Source: Amoebophrya sp. A120 (taxonomy: Eukaryota > Protista > Dinoflagellata). From it: a stretch of DNA of 64,000 nucleotides. A program made the translations under genes and the position numbers. The DNA lies in contig CAJINV010000034.1 in assembly GCA_905178155.1 (NCBI GenBank), forward strand, positions 62,001-126,000. Reading direction: 5' to 3'. The notes below the pieces were generated by a model that was not told where the DNA came from, did not search any database, and saw only the letters and a list, made by a program, of their open reading frames with translations. Below are positions 23,601 through 33,500 of this stretch, one piece after another; the stretch's first letter is position 1; each line of letters starts with the position of its first letter.

Positions 23601-25809
23601 GTCGAGTCACCTGCTCCAGAACATGTCCACCGTCGAGCCGGCAAAGCGTTCCGAGGGGAATCCGTGATCGTTGGTCGCGGAGGTTGCGGGTTCTATACAC
23701 GCCTGAAAACGCCCTTAATTAGCTATATAAATTACTACCTATTTAACCATAGCTACTACTTTTAGGCATTAGAAATCAGGACTCTTTCTAGCTATAAAAA
23801 ATCGCTAATAAAATTTTTGGGTATTTTGAGTTTGGGTAAGTTGACGCATCCATATATCGGGATTATCAAATGCAAATATGTCTTCTGGGTCTGGAAGGAT
23901 GCAAGGTTTGTCATGCTTGTCTGGCATGATGACTGAAAAGTCTGTGATGCGTCTCCAAGAAGAGACCCTTTTGCTTGTCATGCAAAGACGCAGTTTGTCA
24001 TGCGGAAACCGCAACACTAAGCCCCGCAAATAATTCTCATGCTTGGCTGTGCATTACAGACCACTCACTATTCACAACTCAGCATTACAAGTTTCCAGAC
24101 CCAGACATATTATTTGCGATGCATAGGGATTGCCCGCAACTGGATTTTCGAGCATTCTGTGCTGGAACGGGGCTGCAAAGTCTGGTCCTTTGACCCCACC
24201 ATGGCCGTTTCGAACACACAACTCGGGTCGGACCCGGCCACCTACCAGCGATTACCGCAGATTTTGTCGAGTCAAACGAAGCGCCACCCGACCCGGCACT
24301 GGTTTTACTCCGTCGCCATCGGAACCACGATGGGGCAGGGCGGCGGGGGGCAGGGCGGCTGGGAGTCGACCAGTGTTTATAATCACCGTGGGGCGGGTTT
24401 TATCCTGTGCAAAAGTATCGTACTCGTATTGCAGTCATGCATTGCAAATTTTTTTCTTAAGTTAAATCAGCATTACAAATTTTATTTCTTATGCTGAGGA
24501 AATTTGTAATGCATTTATATTACGAGTACGATACTTTTGCAATGCATAGGTTTCCGGTACAGCACAGTGACCCTGCGACACATGATCGAGCAGATTGCGA
24601 AGCTGCCGAAGGACCAGAATCTGCACGTACTGCGGATTATCAATTGCAATAGCATCGTACTAGTGGTATATTGCTATACAAGTTAGCTCAGCACGACAAA
24701 TGGAATTTGTCATGCTGATAATGCATGACTGCAATTACTACGAGTGTGATACTTTTGCACACGATACGGATGGATGTGGAAGGCGCTGAAGTGCCGGTGC
24801 TGATGATATCCAATGCAAACATGTCAGTCTGTGTCTGGAAGATTGCAAGACTTGTTATGCAGGTTTCCACGGCCCGTGGGGTGAGATCTGGGTCTGGCAT
24901 GCAGGACTAGCATGACAGATTCTGTGAGATATCTATCTGATAGACGGGAACAGGTGCACCAAAACAGGAATGATAGTATCATTCCTGTTTTGGTGCATGA
25001 GAAACTCCCTCTCCAATCGGTCAAATGTGCACACCAGCTTTGGGCAATCATGCAACACAGATTTTGGCATGATTCAGATTTAGCATGACAAGTTGCAGTC
25101 TACATCCAGCCCCAGACATGTTTGCAATGCATAGATGAGTTGGCTCAACGATAACGGAATTTTCAATATCCTGTGCAAAAGTATCGCACTCGTGGTAATC
25201 GCAAACATGCATTACAAATCTTTTATTTCATTTTCTTAAGGTAAATCAGCATTACAAATTTTCTTTCTCATGCTGAGGAAATTTGTAATGCATTTATAAG
25301 AGTGCGATACTTTTGCAATGCATATTCAATCGCATCGACCAGCTTTTGATGGAGATTCACGTTTTCAAAAAAGGCCCGAACACGGACTTTCCCGCCATGC
25401 ACAAGGCACTGGTGAGTGCTGTGGGGAAGTATATGGACCCCTTCTGGATAAACAAAAACGGTCACTTATCCTGAGTAAAAACGTACCCACACCAGAGTTG
25501 TAATGCAGATTTGCAAAGACAGGAAGACTTGTAACGCGCATCCCCATGAGAGCCATTGCCAGTCGTGTTTTGGGATTTGTGATGCTGTGAACAGGATGAG
25601 CAGACGAATCTGTGATGCGGCTGCGCTTGCTAACCTGCACTACACTGCATAGTGCAACTTGTCATGCGTGACTCACAAAACTCCTAGGCTTGTGTTGCAA
25701 AATCCCCATCCTGACTCTGGTGTGGGTGCGTTTTTACTCAGGATATCATTCCCCCGCAGTCTATGAGGTCGGGTTCTTGAACCGCGACAGATTTAGGACG
25801 GGGAGGTAG
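8673..25809 (+). CDS. Methyltransf_22/FkbM-type (METTL24-like) SAM-dependent methyltransferase with N-terminal signal anchor; interrupted by 11 introners, one GT-AG intron and the 12.1-kb element
   Basis: Rebuilt protein reads VCLDTFK|KPLGNFNTKLDQVTCNVISI|G|IARNWIFEHSVLERGCKVWSFDPTM ... HVLR|MDVEGAEVPVL ... RIDQLLMEIH ... VYEVGFLN. This is the motif order of Methyltransf_22-like proteins. TAG at 25807-25809. Confidence 0.85.
9262..9415. mobile_element. Introner family A
   Basis: Family A TIRs; DR cggcg. Confidence 0.9.
9474..9688. mobile_element. Introner family D
   Basis: tatcgcaagaaaaaactgtttcac / gtgaaacacttttttcgtacgata; DR atttg. Confidence 0.88.
9766..9942. mobile_element. Introner family A
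   Basis: Family A TIRs; DR ttagc. Confidence 0.9.
10825..11040. mobile_element. Introner family A, lengthened by three internal copies of ttaataaacga(g/a)tgc
   Basis: Family A TIRs; DR accga/gccga. Confidence 0.88.
11120..11314 (+). other. GT-AG intron with introner-like ends (gTATC...GCATAag)
   Basis: Removal joins NAAK|CKEF in frame; contains gcatgacaga and tctgtcatgc. Confidence 0.7.
11390..11660. mobile_element. Introner family B (diverged)
   Basis: tatgcatggcaaaatat...atatttgcgatgcata; DR tcaaa. Confidence 0.88.
11727..11934 (+). repeat. Left TIR of the giant element (208 bp, bipartite)
   Basis: 11727-11770 pairs with 23811-23854 and 11871-11934 pairs with 23647-23710. The AT-rich middle is diverged but the same length. 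Tandem caacttacccaaa x2. Confidence 0.9.
12240..13562 (+). pseudogene. Fragmented cargo ORFs of the giant element, function unknown
   Basis: Coding-like pieces that switch frame (EVSQQELQ..., GIVSELVAWLSRLD..., NQLELREIREIVSCW..., MELGAMLSRRE...); short GT-AG-like gaps. Confidence 0.35.
13627..14479 (+). CDS. Cargo gene, P/S/T-rich with a K/A/P-rich histone-H1-like C-terminal tail (intron 14164-14323)
   Basis: gtatga...ctaag phase-0 intron joins ATAK|MKSKAKAASKAEPKVEPKPAAKPAGKAATKAAAK. Confidence 0.55.
16714..18035. mobile_element. Nested non-autonomous TIR DNA transposon (about 1.32 kb, hAT/MULE-like target duplication)
   Basis: Imperfect TIR of about 64 bp, caggcggacagccccgggcgccttc...ggctaatttgaga / tctcaaattagcc...gaagtcgcccggacctgtccgcctg. 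Flanks aagaaatct / aagaaatcc (8 of 9). Confidence 0.85.
17264..17562. repeat. Array of 10-12-bp CTAAT(C/T)TGCA units followed by inverted ATTAG copies
   Basis: ctaatctgcac ctaatctgcag ctaatctgcgc ctaatttgcag ... then gcaaattagatgcagatta...ttagattgcaaattaga. Confidence 0.75.
18588..21572 (+). CDS. Largest cargo gene, about 920 aa, unknown function; Cys/His cluster and K-rich/acidic tail
   Basis: The 820-aa ORF continues in frame into the 21189 ORF after removal of the 21015-21231 element. CPEC...CNRH...C...C...CIFH, tail KMKSKKKKDDTDSEDEEDD. True start uncertain. Confidence 0.7.
21015..21231. mobile_element. Introner (family-D-like ends) inside the giant element's largest gene
   Basis: TIR tatctgaggaaaatgcgag / ctcgcattttccttgcata; internal gcatgaca motifs; DR degenerate. 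Confidence 0.75.
22393..23354 (-). pseudogene. Putative tyrosine recombinase (catalytic C-terminal part), frameshifted near 22690
   Basis: Motif order LRYTNKNRT ... FSAGSLREKAAR ... (1-bp shift) VQEKAGVWRVENGASLGLR|IHYA, using a 70-bp GT-AG intron at 22588-22519. Resembles the K ... (H)xxR ... H/W ... Y pattern. First catalytic Arg not located. Confidence 0.45.
23647..23854 (-). repeat. Right TIR of the giant element (208 bp)
   Basis: Reverse-complement match to 11727-11934. Confidence 0.9.
23864..24125. mobile_element. Introner family B
   Basis: Family B TIRs; DR gggat. Confidence 0.92.
24401..24548. mobile_element. Introner family A
   Basis: DR ggttt. Confidence 0.92.
24638..24766. mobile_element. 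Introner family A (short)
   Basis: DR cggat; splits LR|MDVEGAE. Confidence 0.9.
24807..25133. mobile_element. Introner family B
   Basis: DR gatga. Confidence 0.9.
25167..25324. mobile_element. Introner family A
   Basis: DR ttcaa. Confidence 0.92.
25467..25745. mobile_element. Introner family C, inverted relative to 5436
   Basis: Family C TIRs; DR tcact/tcatt. Confidence 0.92.
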
Positions 25810-27565
25810 AATGAGGTGTGGTGATCAAGAAAATTCTCGTGATGTGACGACTGTTGTAGAAGTAGCAACTGCATCAAGACGAAAACCTCGACCTCCGCAC
25901 TACTTTTATTGCCAACGTTGAAGCAGTAGATGAATCTGCGGCAATCTGATAGTCACAGCGGACCGATAAAACACATTGCGCTTGATGTTCCACCAATGAT
26001 CATCATCCTCGTCCTCGTGTAGCAGGCGTATGAAGAATAGAAAATTTTGTGCCAACTGATCTGCTCGCATTCCTTCTTCGGCTGCAAGGGCAGTTTAAGT
26101 TTTGTTTAGCACGACACAGAAATGTGGCTGTGGAGTTCTTGTCGATGGAAGTTGATCTAATTGCTTCATAATCTCGGATCAGTTCCTTGTACATTACCGT
26201 TGCCACGATCTGCACTGCAAAAGTAGATAGCAGTCCCGGAAGACGACCGATGCATGGTCCTCGCATGCAAAAACACTTCTAGATTTTTTGTTGAGGACAT
26301 GATCCCTCCCACCTATAGAAGGTTGTACTATTGGCAATATTGAACGCAAACGGTCCTATTTCTAGCCCCTATATCTTTCTTCGAAAAAAATAAGGGAGCT
26401 GCGAAAAGGGAAGGATGCGGATGGTTTTTTCTTCTGGAAGATCAAGATTTGACTCCCATCAAGTAGATGAGATCTCTGCGTTGTGTTTCACATATCCCTT
26501 TTTCGTAGTTTGATGTGCTTGGAGGTAAAAACAAATCGGCTATAATGCATGCCTGTTTTTCTGCTCGCGCAAAAGTTAATAATAGAAGGCATCAAATCAT
26601 TATCATGATTTGTTGTATGAGAACGAATTGTATGAGTACCCGTTGGGCAATGTGATGGGTTTCTAGAGCACAAGTTTCACGAATAAAGAACTGCTGCAAA
26701 ACAATTGCTATGTCATCAAAAACTCCAAATTTTAGGCGCCGAAAGGGTCTCGAGTCAAAATCAAAATGTCTACAAAAGAAAGCTAATTTTCTCAACATTT
26801 GCTTAAACTGACAACTTCATGCTATTCCAACGACAACTACGACACTGCGTCACTAAGTACGTTTTTGATATGATGTAAAGCGACAAAATATGTTTCTTTT
26901 TCTATTTCTAAACTCGACTTGTTGATATTTCAAAGCGACAACAAGATTTTTCAACAACGCGACAAAACACCGCGACCTCTGCGATCAACTACATCAGACT
27001 GGAAGGTTGCGGCATTTGCTGTTTAGCGACAAAGCAGGCAAAAAGTAGCTTGCTGGCACGAAACTGAAAGTGCGGTGGATTTACTTTGCTACTCGGCTAG
27101 CTGTAGCTGCAACGGAGAAGAACTCAGAGACCCACCATAATTCCGCTCCTCCTTCCAGTGGCCTCTGGGATACTAGATCATATTGGACCACGACTAACAT
27201 CCAATCACCATGCCCAAAAGAAAGAAAACGAACGCGAGCGCCGTACTGTTTTTTTTTTCCTTTCCGGTAGGAGGTAGAAGAATTCGAAACAGGCGGAGTT
27301 GTGCACAAAACTTTTAGAACATGATAGTTTAGAAATTGTTTTCCCAGAGCAGGCTCTTTCATCTCGCAACAAACGTATAGCACAACGATGATGGTTTTTG
27401 ATTTTGTGCATGACAAAATTTGTACGGAAGGTTCCGAGCGCATTAGAGTTAGTCTGAGCAACACGGTACAATTACCAGGTTCGCGGCCAAGGAGACCACG
27501 TGAGGACGACAACAGACAAGGAAGGTCACGGGCAGAATCATATTACCACAGAGCAAGACAGGACG

Positions 27566-30500
27566 ATGAAACAACCACTGCTCCTGACGCACAACACAAG
27601 TAGACCGGCTTCTGCTGCTGTCAACAACATCTCCTCGCAAGAAAATGAATTGCAGGATCGTCATGTTGATGGTGTTGAAGATTCAACATCTGGAACAACA
27701 CCACAAGTGGTCTCTGCGTTCTCCACTTCTACTTCCGAACGAGATCATGCTGAGAAAGCGAAAAAATACTACACGGCCAGTCGTCAGTGGTCTGGCGGAC
27801 CAACCACGTGCGCGAAAAAGGTGTGGTCCTGGTTAATATCAGCTGAGCAGAAGGAGTATGAGTTGCAAAAGTGTCTGGGTCTGGAAGAATGCAAGTTTGT
27901 GATGCTTGTCTGGCTCTGGCATGACTCGAGAATCTGCGTTGCATAGGCACGAAAGAGCCCTCTTAACTGTCACGCGAAAAGGCAGTTTGCCATGCGGAAT
28001 ACGTAAGACATGGCAGCCACAAAATTTGTCATGCATAGCTGCGTATTGGGGCGCGTCTATCATTCACTTTTAGCATTACAAGTTTCCAGACCCAGACATT
28101 TTTGCATTTCATAAGGAGCCGCAGCTGCTGACCGACCAGAAGGAACGAAAAGATGATAGTACTATTGCTGGAAAAGAGGATAGTATTGCTGCAGGAGGAC
28201 CTGGTGGACGAACGACCTCCACACGAGCACGAACAGGCGCTAGCTGCTATCGAATGCAAATATGTCCTCTGGGTCTGGAAGATAGATTGCAAGACTTGTC
28301 ATGCAGGTTTATTCCACGGCCCGTCCCTGTCGTGAGGTCTGGAATGCAAGATAACTAGCATGACAGATTCTGATGTAAGATATCTATCATGCCTGTCTTG
28401 CATGAGAAACTCCCACCTCTCAACTTGGTCAAAACCAAAAATCGGACAGATTTTGGCAATCACGCACCACAGATTTGCATGACAAGTTGCAGTCTTCCCG
28501 ACCACCACCAGGGATGTTTGCAATGCATACTCGCAAAAATGCTAGTACAACAACTGGTGGAAATAAAACTACTTCTACAAGTGCGTATTTGTGTAGTTCT
28601 CCTGCGACGAAGATTAAACCTGATGTTGCAAACAAAAGCGAAAAAAACCGTCTAATTTTGAAGACTCCGGTTCTCCTCACCGGCACCGCTTCAACCCGCG
28701 AAACCGAGGATATCTCCCCAGGACTCGGCCCCGCTTCATCTGCTGGCGCCAGCAGTTCCTCTGCTTCTTTTCCCAGTGCGACGACGCGGCTGCGGCAACG
28801 GGGTGGTAAGGCGAAGGCGCGAAGAGGTAAAAAGGGCAAAAAAGGCAACAGTCTGGCCTCCTTCGTGGAGCCGGCAGAGAAGCTGACCTGCGCGGACATC
28901 AACTGCGCTGGGGAGCAGGCCGAAAACACAAACCGGACACCCCGCAAGCTGTGCTTGGCGCTTGTTCTGCTTGGCGGTTTTTCTGTTGTGGGCTACGTCG
29001 CAGCGCAGCAGTTTCTGCTGCGAGGTACTGCTGAATTTAAAAAACGGGGGCGGGCGGCGGCGGCCGCTCGTGCTGCAGCTGCAGAGGCGAAGGAGAATAC
29101 CGGGGGCAGCTGGTGGAGCTCCGTTGCGTCTTTTCTCTTCGGGGACGACGCAGATGCGGCAGTTCGCTCTGCTCCGCAGGAAAAAGAGAGCGTGGGCGAA
29201 AAGGAAAGCCCCGTCGGGCGGACCCCTGCTGCGTCAGGGGGTGTTGACAAAGCTCCCGTCGCCGCGGATGCCCTGGAAAAAATGCACGACGCTAGCAACA
29301 CCAACAGAAACAGTTTGTTGAACCAGGTGCAGCCGCAAGGCGAAGATGTCGGACAGCACGACTCTGATAAACAGCACAGAGGAACGGGGAATGCAGTGAC
29401 TACAGCCAACATTTTGACTGATCAAAATACACCTACATTACCTGGCGAACTACATCAAACCGATCCTGACCAGCACTCGTCCACTTCTGCGGTACAACTA
29501 TCTGGTGAGAAGCACTACATGAGCCAACAACAAGAAGCGAAAACTGCACCTCCTACAGCTGCTGTTTCGCACCTACAACAGCAGCCGTCTACATCAACTT
29601 TGGCGCAGGGCAAAAATCAGGGGGTGGATCAACATGCAGTACGAGCAGACGACGTTGGTATGAAAGGAAATCAGCCTGGTGGAACTACAACTTCCAGCCA
29701 CGGAGAACCAAATGTGGGAGGTGAAAATAAAGGGATCATGGCACCTCTTCAGACTACAAGCGTGATGAATCTCGGCCCGCAAGATGAACCGGCGGAACTA
29801 CGAGACCCTGTACCGCAAACCACGAGCCCCACCGCAGAGAAGAATTATGCATTGCAAATGTACTACGTATCGCGCACACGCTACATGAAAAATTATTTTC
29901 TCGTGAAGAAGAATGAGAAAATAAAAATCGGAATTCCTCACCCTCATGCAGATTCCGGGACAAGCACAAGAGCATTAGAATGAATTTTGTATTTTTTGTA
30001 ATGCACGAAAGCGATTACGATTTAGTACAACAAGCCCGAGTTGTGCGTTAGTACTTTTGCTTTGGAGAAGAATGGTGGTAAAGGTGGTGCTGCAACGAGG
30101 ACGGGGCCGCAACAAGTTTCTTACGCTCCGATCTCTAGGGTAGGGACGAAGCGGAAAGAGGAGGAGAACGCCCGGGGGATTGACGAAAGAGACGGAAAGA
30201 ACCGTGAGCTCCACGAGGAAGAAACTCTGACCAGGAAAACCCAGATGGTGACGCGAAGCGGCCGGAGTGGAGGTCCAGCGTACACCAATCAGCGCGTTCT
30301 ATCGCCGGACCCAGAGAACAAGGATGCTCCTGCTCCTGCAGAAGAAGTGGTGGCGCGACCTTCCACGGGAAAGATGGGCAAGCACTTACCTGCTCCAGCA
30401 CGCGGTCAAGGGCGGGACGAGGTGAGCAATGATCACGCAGATACTGCTGGCAAAAACAGGATGAGCACGACGAAAGTCGCCGATGAAAGGGCTACGTCCT

Positions 30501-33500
30501 CTGGGAACAAAATTACCTCCGTCGTGATCAACGAGGAAAATGTGGTGCAAGAAAATTATGACCAGGACAGCGATAATTTTCTCTCCGGTGGCCGCGAGGA
30601 ACCCGTGATGTACGACCACAACGGCGCTTTGTTATTGGAGGAGCCGCAGAATGAGAAAAAACAAAAACAGGACAGACTTGCTGAGAGCAACAAAAAGCAG
30701 CAGACTCAACATCATCATGCAGCTTCGTCACAGTCTAAGTCTTCCGGTCCGGAAAATGAGGCCGCGACAACTGATGATGGAAATTTAGTCACACCACGAC
30801 CAGCGTCTGACGACATCGCTGGAAGAACCCCTGCGTTAGACACAGGTGTCGACCACGAGGTACTAGCTGCAACAACCAATACTGGTGGCGTTTCTATTGA
30901 AGGAAACAGGCCGGAGCAGATTGACCGTGCTGATGCACTGCAGGTTGACGAACATGCACATGGTCATGATGAGGACGCCAGTGGAACTACTACAAGTGGT
31001 ACTGGTACAACGGGCAGCACCTCCACCGCTGTGGAAGTCGGACTCAGACCACCTAGCAAGGAGAAACAAGGGCGAGAGGTAGCGGAGATAACTGGCTTAC
31101 ACGGGGGCGATGAGGAAAAATCAGGAGGACAAGGCGGGATTACTACAAATGCTGAAGATGCATCTTCGAAAATGGCAAGGGCATCTGTTTATTCACCGCA
31201 AAAGTATCGTATTCGTACTCACTGATTGCAATGATCTCCTATGCCTATCGCATTCGCAGAAAATTCATCATTACACATTTCACTTTTTCTTTTCTCTCGG
31301 AAATAAAATTTGTATATGTAAATGTAACTAGTTGTACTGGTGGAACTAGAAATACTGTACTCTACGATACATTTGCAATGCACATTGTTGAGAAGCCTGG
31401 TCAGACAAGTGGGGCGAAAGACGTTCACGTGCAAAAGCCGCCGAGCAGCACGAGTAGCAGCATCGACGCCGCTGCTGATCCAGGCCAACAATCTGCTGAG
31501 GAAGGAACTGCTGTTGCTACGACAGAAATGCTCCCTTCGCATACAGAAGAACAAGGAGACTCTCCTTCAGCCAGCACGCTATATAATGTGTTTGTCCTTT
31601 CGGCAAAGGCACCCATCGTCGACCCGCTCATGATGCCTTCGACATGGGAGTTGGATTATCACCATTTAGTCCAGGGAAACGAAGAAGAGCTATCCGTTGC
31701 AAATAATATGTGTGGGTCTGTACAGAAAATCGAAGTCCATTGAGCCTTTTGCTTATTTGCGGATGAACAGCACCCTATGCACAAGGAGGGGCCACGCCTG
31801 ACAAGGAAGACTTTGAGGGACTACGTGCGTCTGCCGCAGAGCAGCGCATATACGATTACGAATAGCGTTTTTGCATGACAAATAAGACGCCCTGCCCTTA
31901 GCCGTCCAACATGACAAATCTTGCCACGTACAATCTTCTCTGGTGTGTTCACCGCTCGAGGACGATTATTACTGGTTGAAGAAGCACGCGTGTCATATTT
32001 GCATTTCCTTTCAGGTCCCAAATTTTGAAAAAGCTTGACTTTGATTGCAAGTGCAATCTTCTTGGCCCAGCCCCAGACATAATCTTCGCATTGGATAGGA
32101 ACTGGAGACCCATACCACTAACGGTGTCGTCGACGCATATGACAGAGTACCAGGTTACTTTACCGACCATCGTAACCCGGATACTCACCCGCTGCTTCAA
32201 TTCGATATTCCAAACCCCCACGACGAAAATTACGGCCAGTTCCTTTTCAGCGAACAGAATCTCAAAAGCGCAACTGTGGCAGCGAAACAGCTGGAGTTTT
32301 CCTTCAACTTTCCTCAACAAGCAATACGACAACGCGCAAGCAAACCACCGTCCGCTTATGCTTTTTTGTTGTGCGAAATGGCTGACGCAGCTCCAAATCC
32401 CTCAAATTGCTTTCCGGAAAACCCGGATGCCGCCACAGCAAAGTCTTGCCGTGTGATCCTGACAAGCAAAACCGCTGACGGGAAATGCGCACCGCTGTTC
32501 CTCGTCCGAAAAGCCGGCACGGGGGGGCCACTGGTACTCCTTTCAACCGATAAAGTCACGACCGAGCTCTACGAGAAACCAGGACCCGATGGCGTCGAGG
32601 GATTAATTCCACGCGTCCTAACAAAGCTCGTACGCAACATATTTGCGGAGACGTCCCTGCTTGCCCGGTCAGCAAAAGCGCTGAAAAATATAGGAGAAGA
32701 TGCACTGTCGTCTTGGTTGCCCAACGCTCTGGGGGCCCTTCTTGGAACGCTTTCTGGTTCGACTGCGGCTTTTGGTGTCGGTTCTGTGACGCGGGCGATC
32801 GTAAGCGAGCTTGTCGTGCCGAAGGTAGTGCAGTCGAATTCGGATTTAGCATCTTTGGACAATCTCCTCGGACGTCGTTTGCGCATTGCTACGAAATGGG
32901 CAACGAATTCTGGCTGGGGTTCGGGGGCAAATTGGCCACACGGAAGATTCCTGAAAAGATTCATCGGAGGAAAAGTGCAGGAGTTGGTTCCATACTATCT
33001 GGACTACTACAAGATCGATGTTGCAGCGATGACGGGTTTGGCTGGCGTTTCCATCACGTTGATCGCGCCATATTTGTGGAGCGAAATGTTCAAACAAACC
33101 GCGAGTCAGATAACCCGCGATCTTCAGCTTCACGTCTACGACAGAATAGTGGCGGAAAGGAAGGACAATGTGAACGATGAAGAGGACAAGGCCAGGGCAC
33201 GCAAGATGGCGGCGGCAGTTGAAGCTTTCAAATCGAAAATGAGCGATGCAGCAGATTCGCTCTGGCGACCATTCGTCCCGCGTTTTGGGCTCCGACTTGC
33301 AACAAGGAACCCCGCCCACATGTTCGCATGGCACTACCTCGGCCTTGCAGCACAAGAAGAAGCAAAAAGCGCGAATAGCGGTCGCCGTAGTAGCGCAGTC
33401 ATCTCTGCACTGAGTCCGCGTACAGGAGCACTGCTCGAGGCAGCGATCTTGGGCCAGCCCAATGCACCAGACGAGGGAATAATACTACCAGCATCAGATG

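Larger units (their letters stand above)
11727..23854. mobile_element. Giant 12,128-bp TIR element with introner-type termini, inserted in a coding exon
   Basis: Ends tatgactgcgtcaacttacccaaactcaa / ttgagtttgggtaagttgacgcatccata. Perfect DR TATCG at 11722-11726 and 23855-23859. Removal restores CNVISIGIARNW. Confidence 0.92.

Noticed and set aside
11727-23854. Polinton/Maverick or virophage
   Set aside because: No recognisable pPolB, retroviral-type integrase, packaging ATPase or capsid motifs; the DR is 5 bp and the termini are TATG/CATA.
31573-31989. agcacgc direct repeat as an element boundary
   Set aside because: No TIR at those points; the TIR pair at 31691-32097 restores the frame instead.
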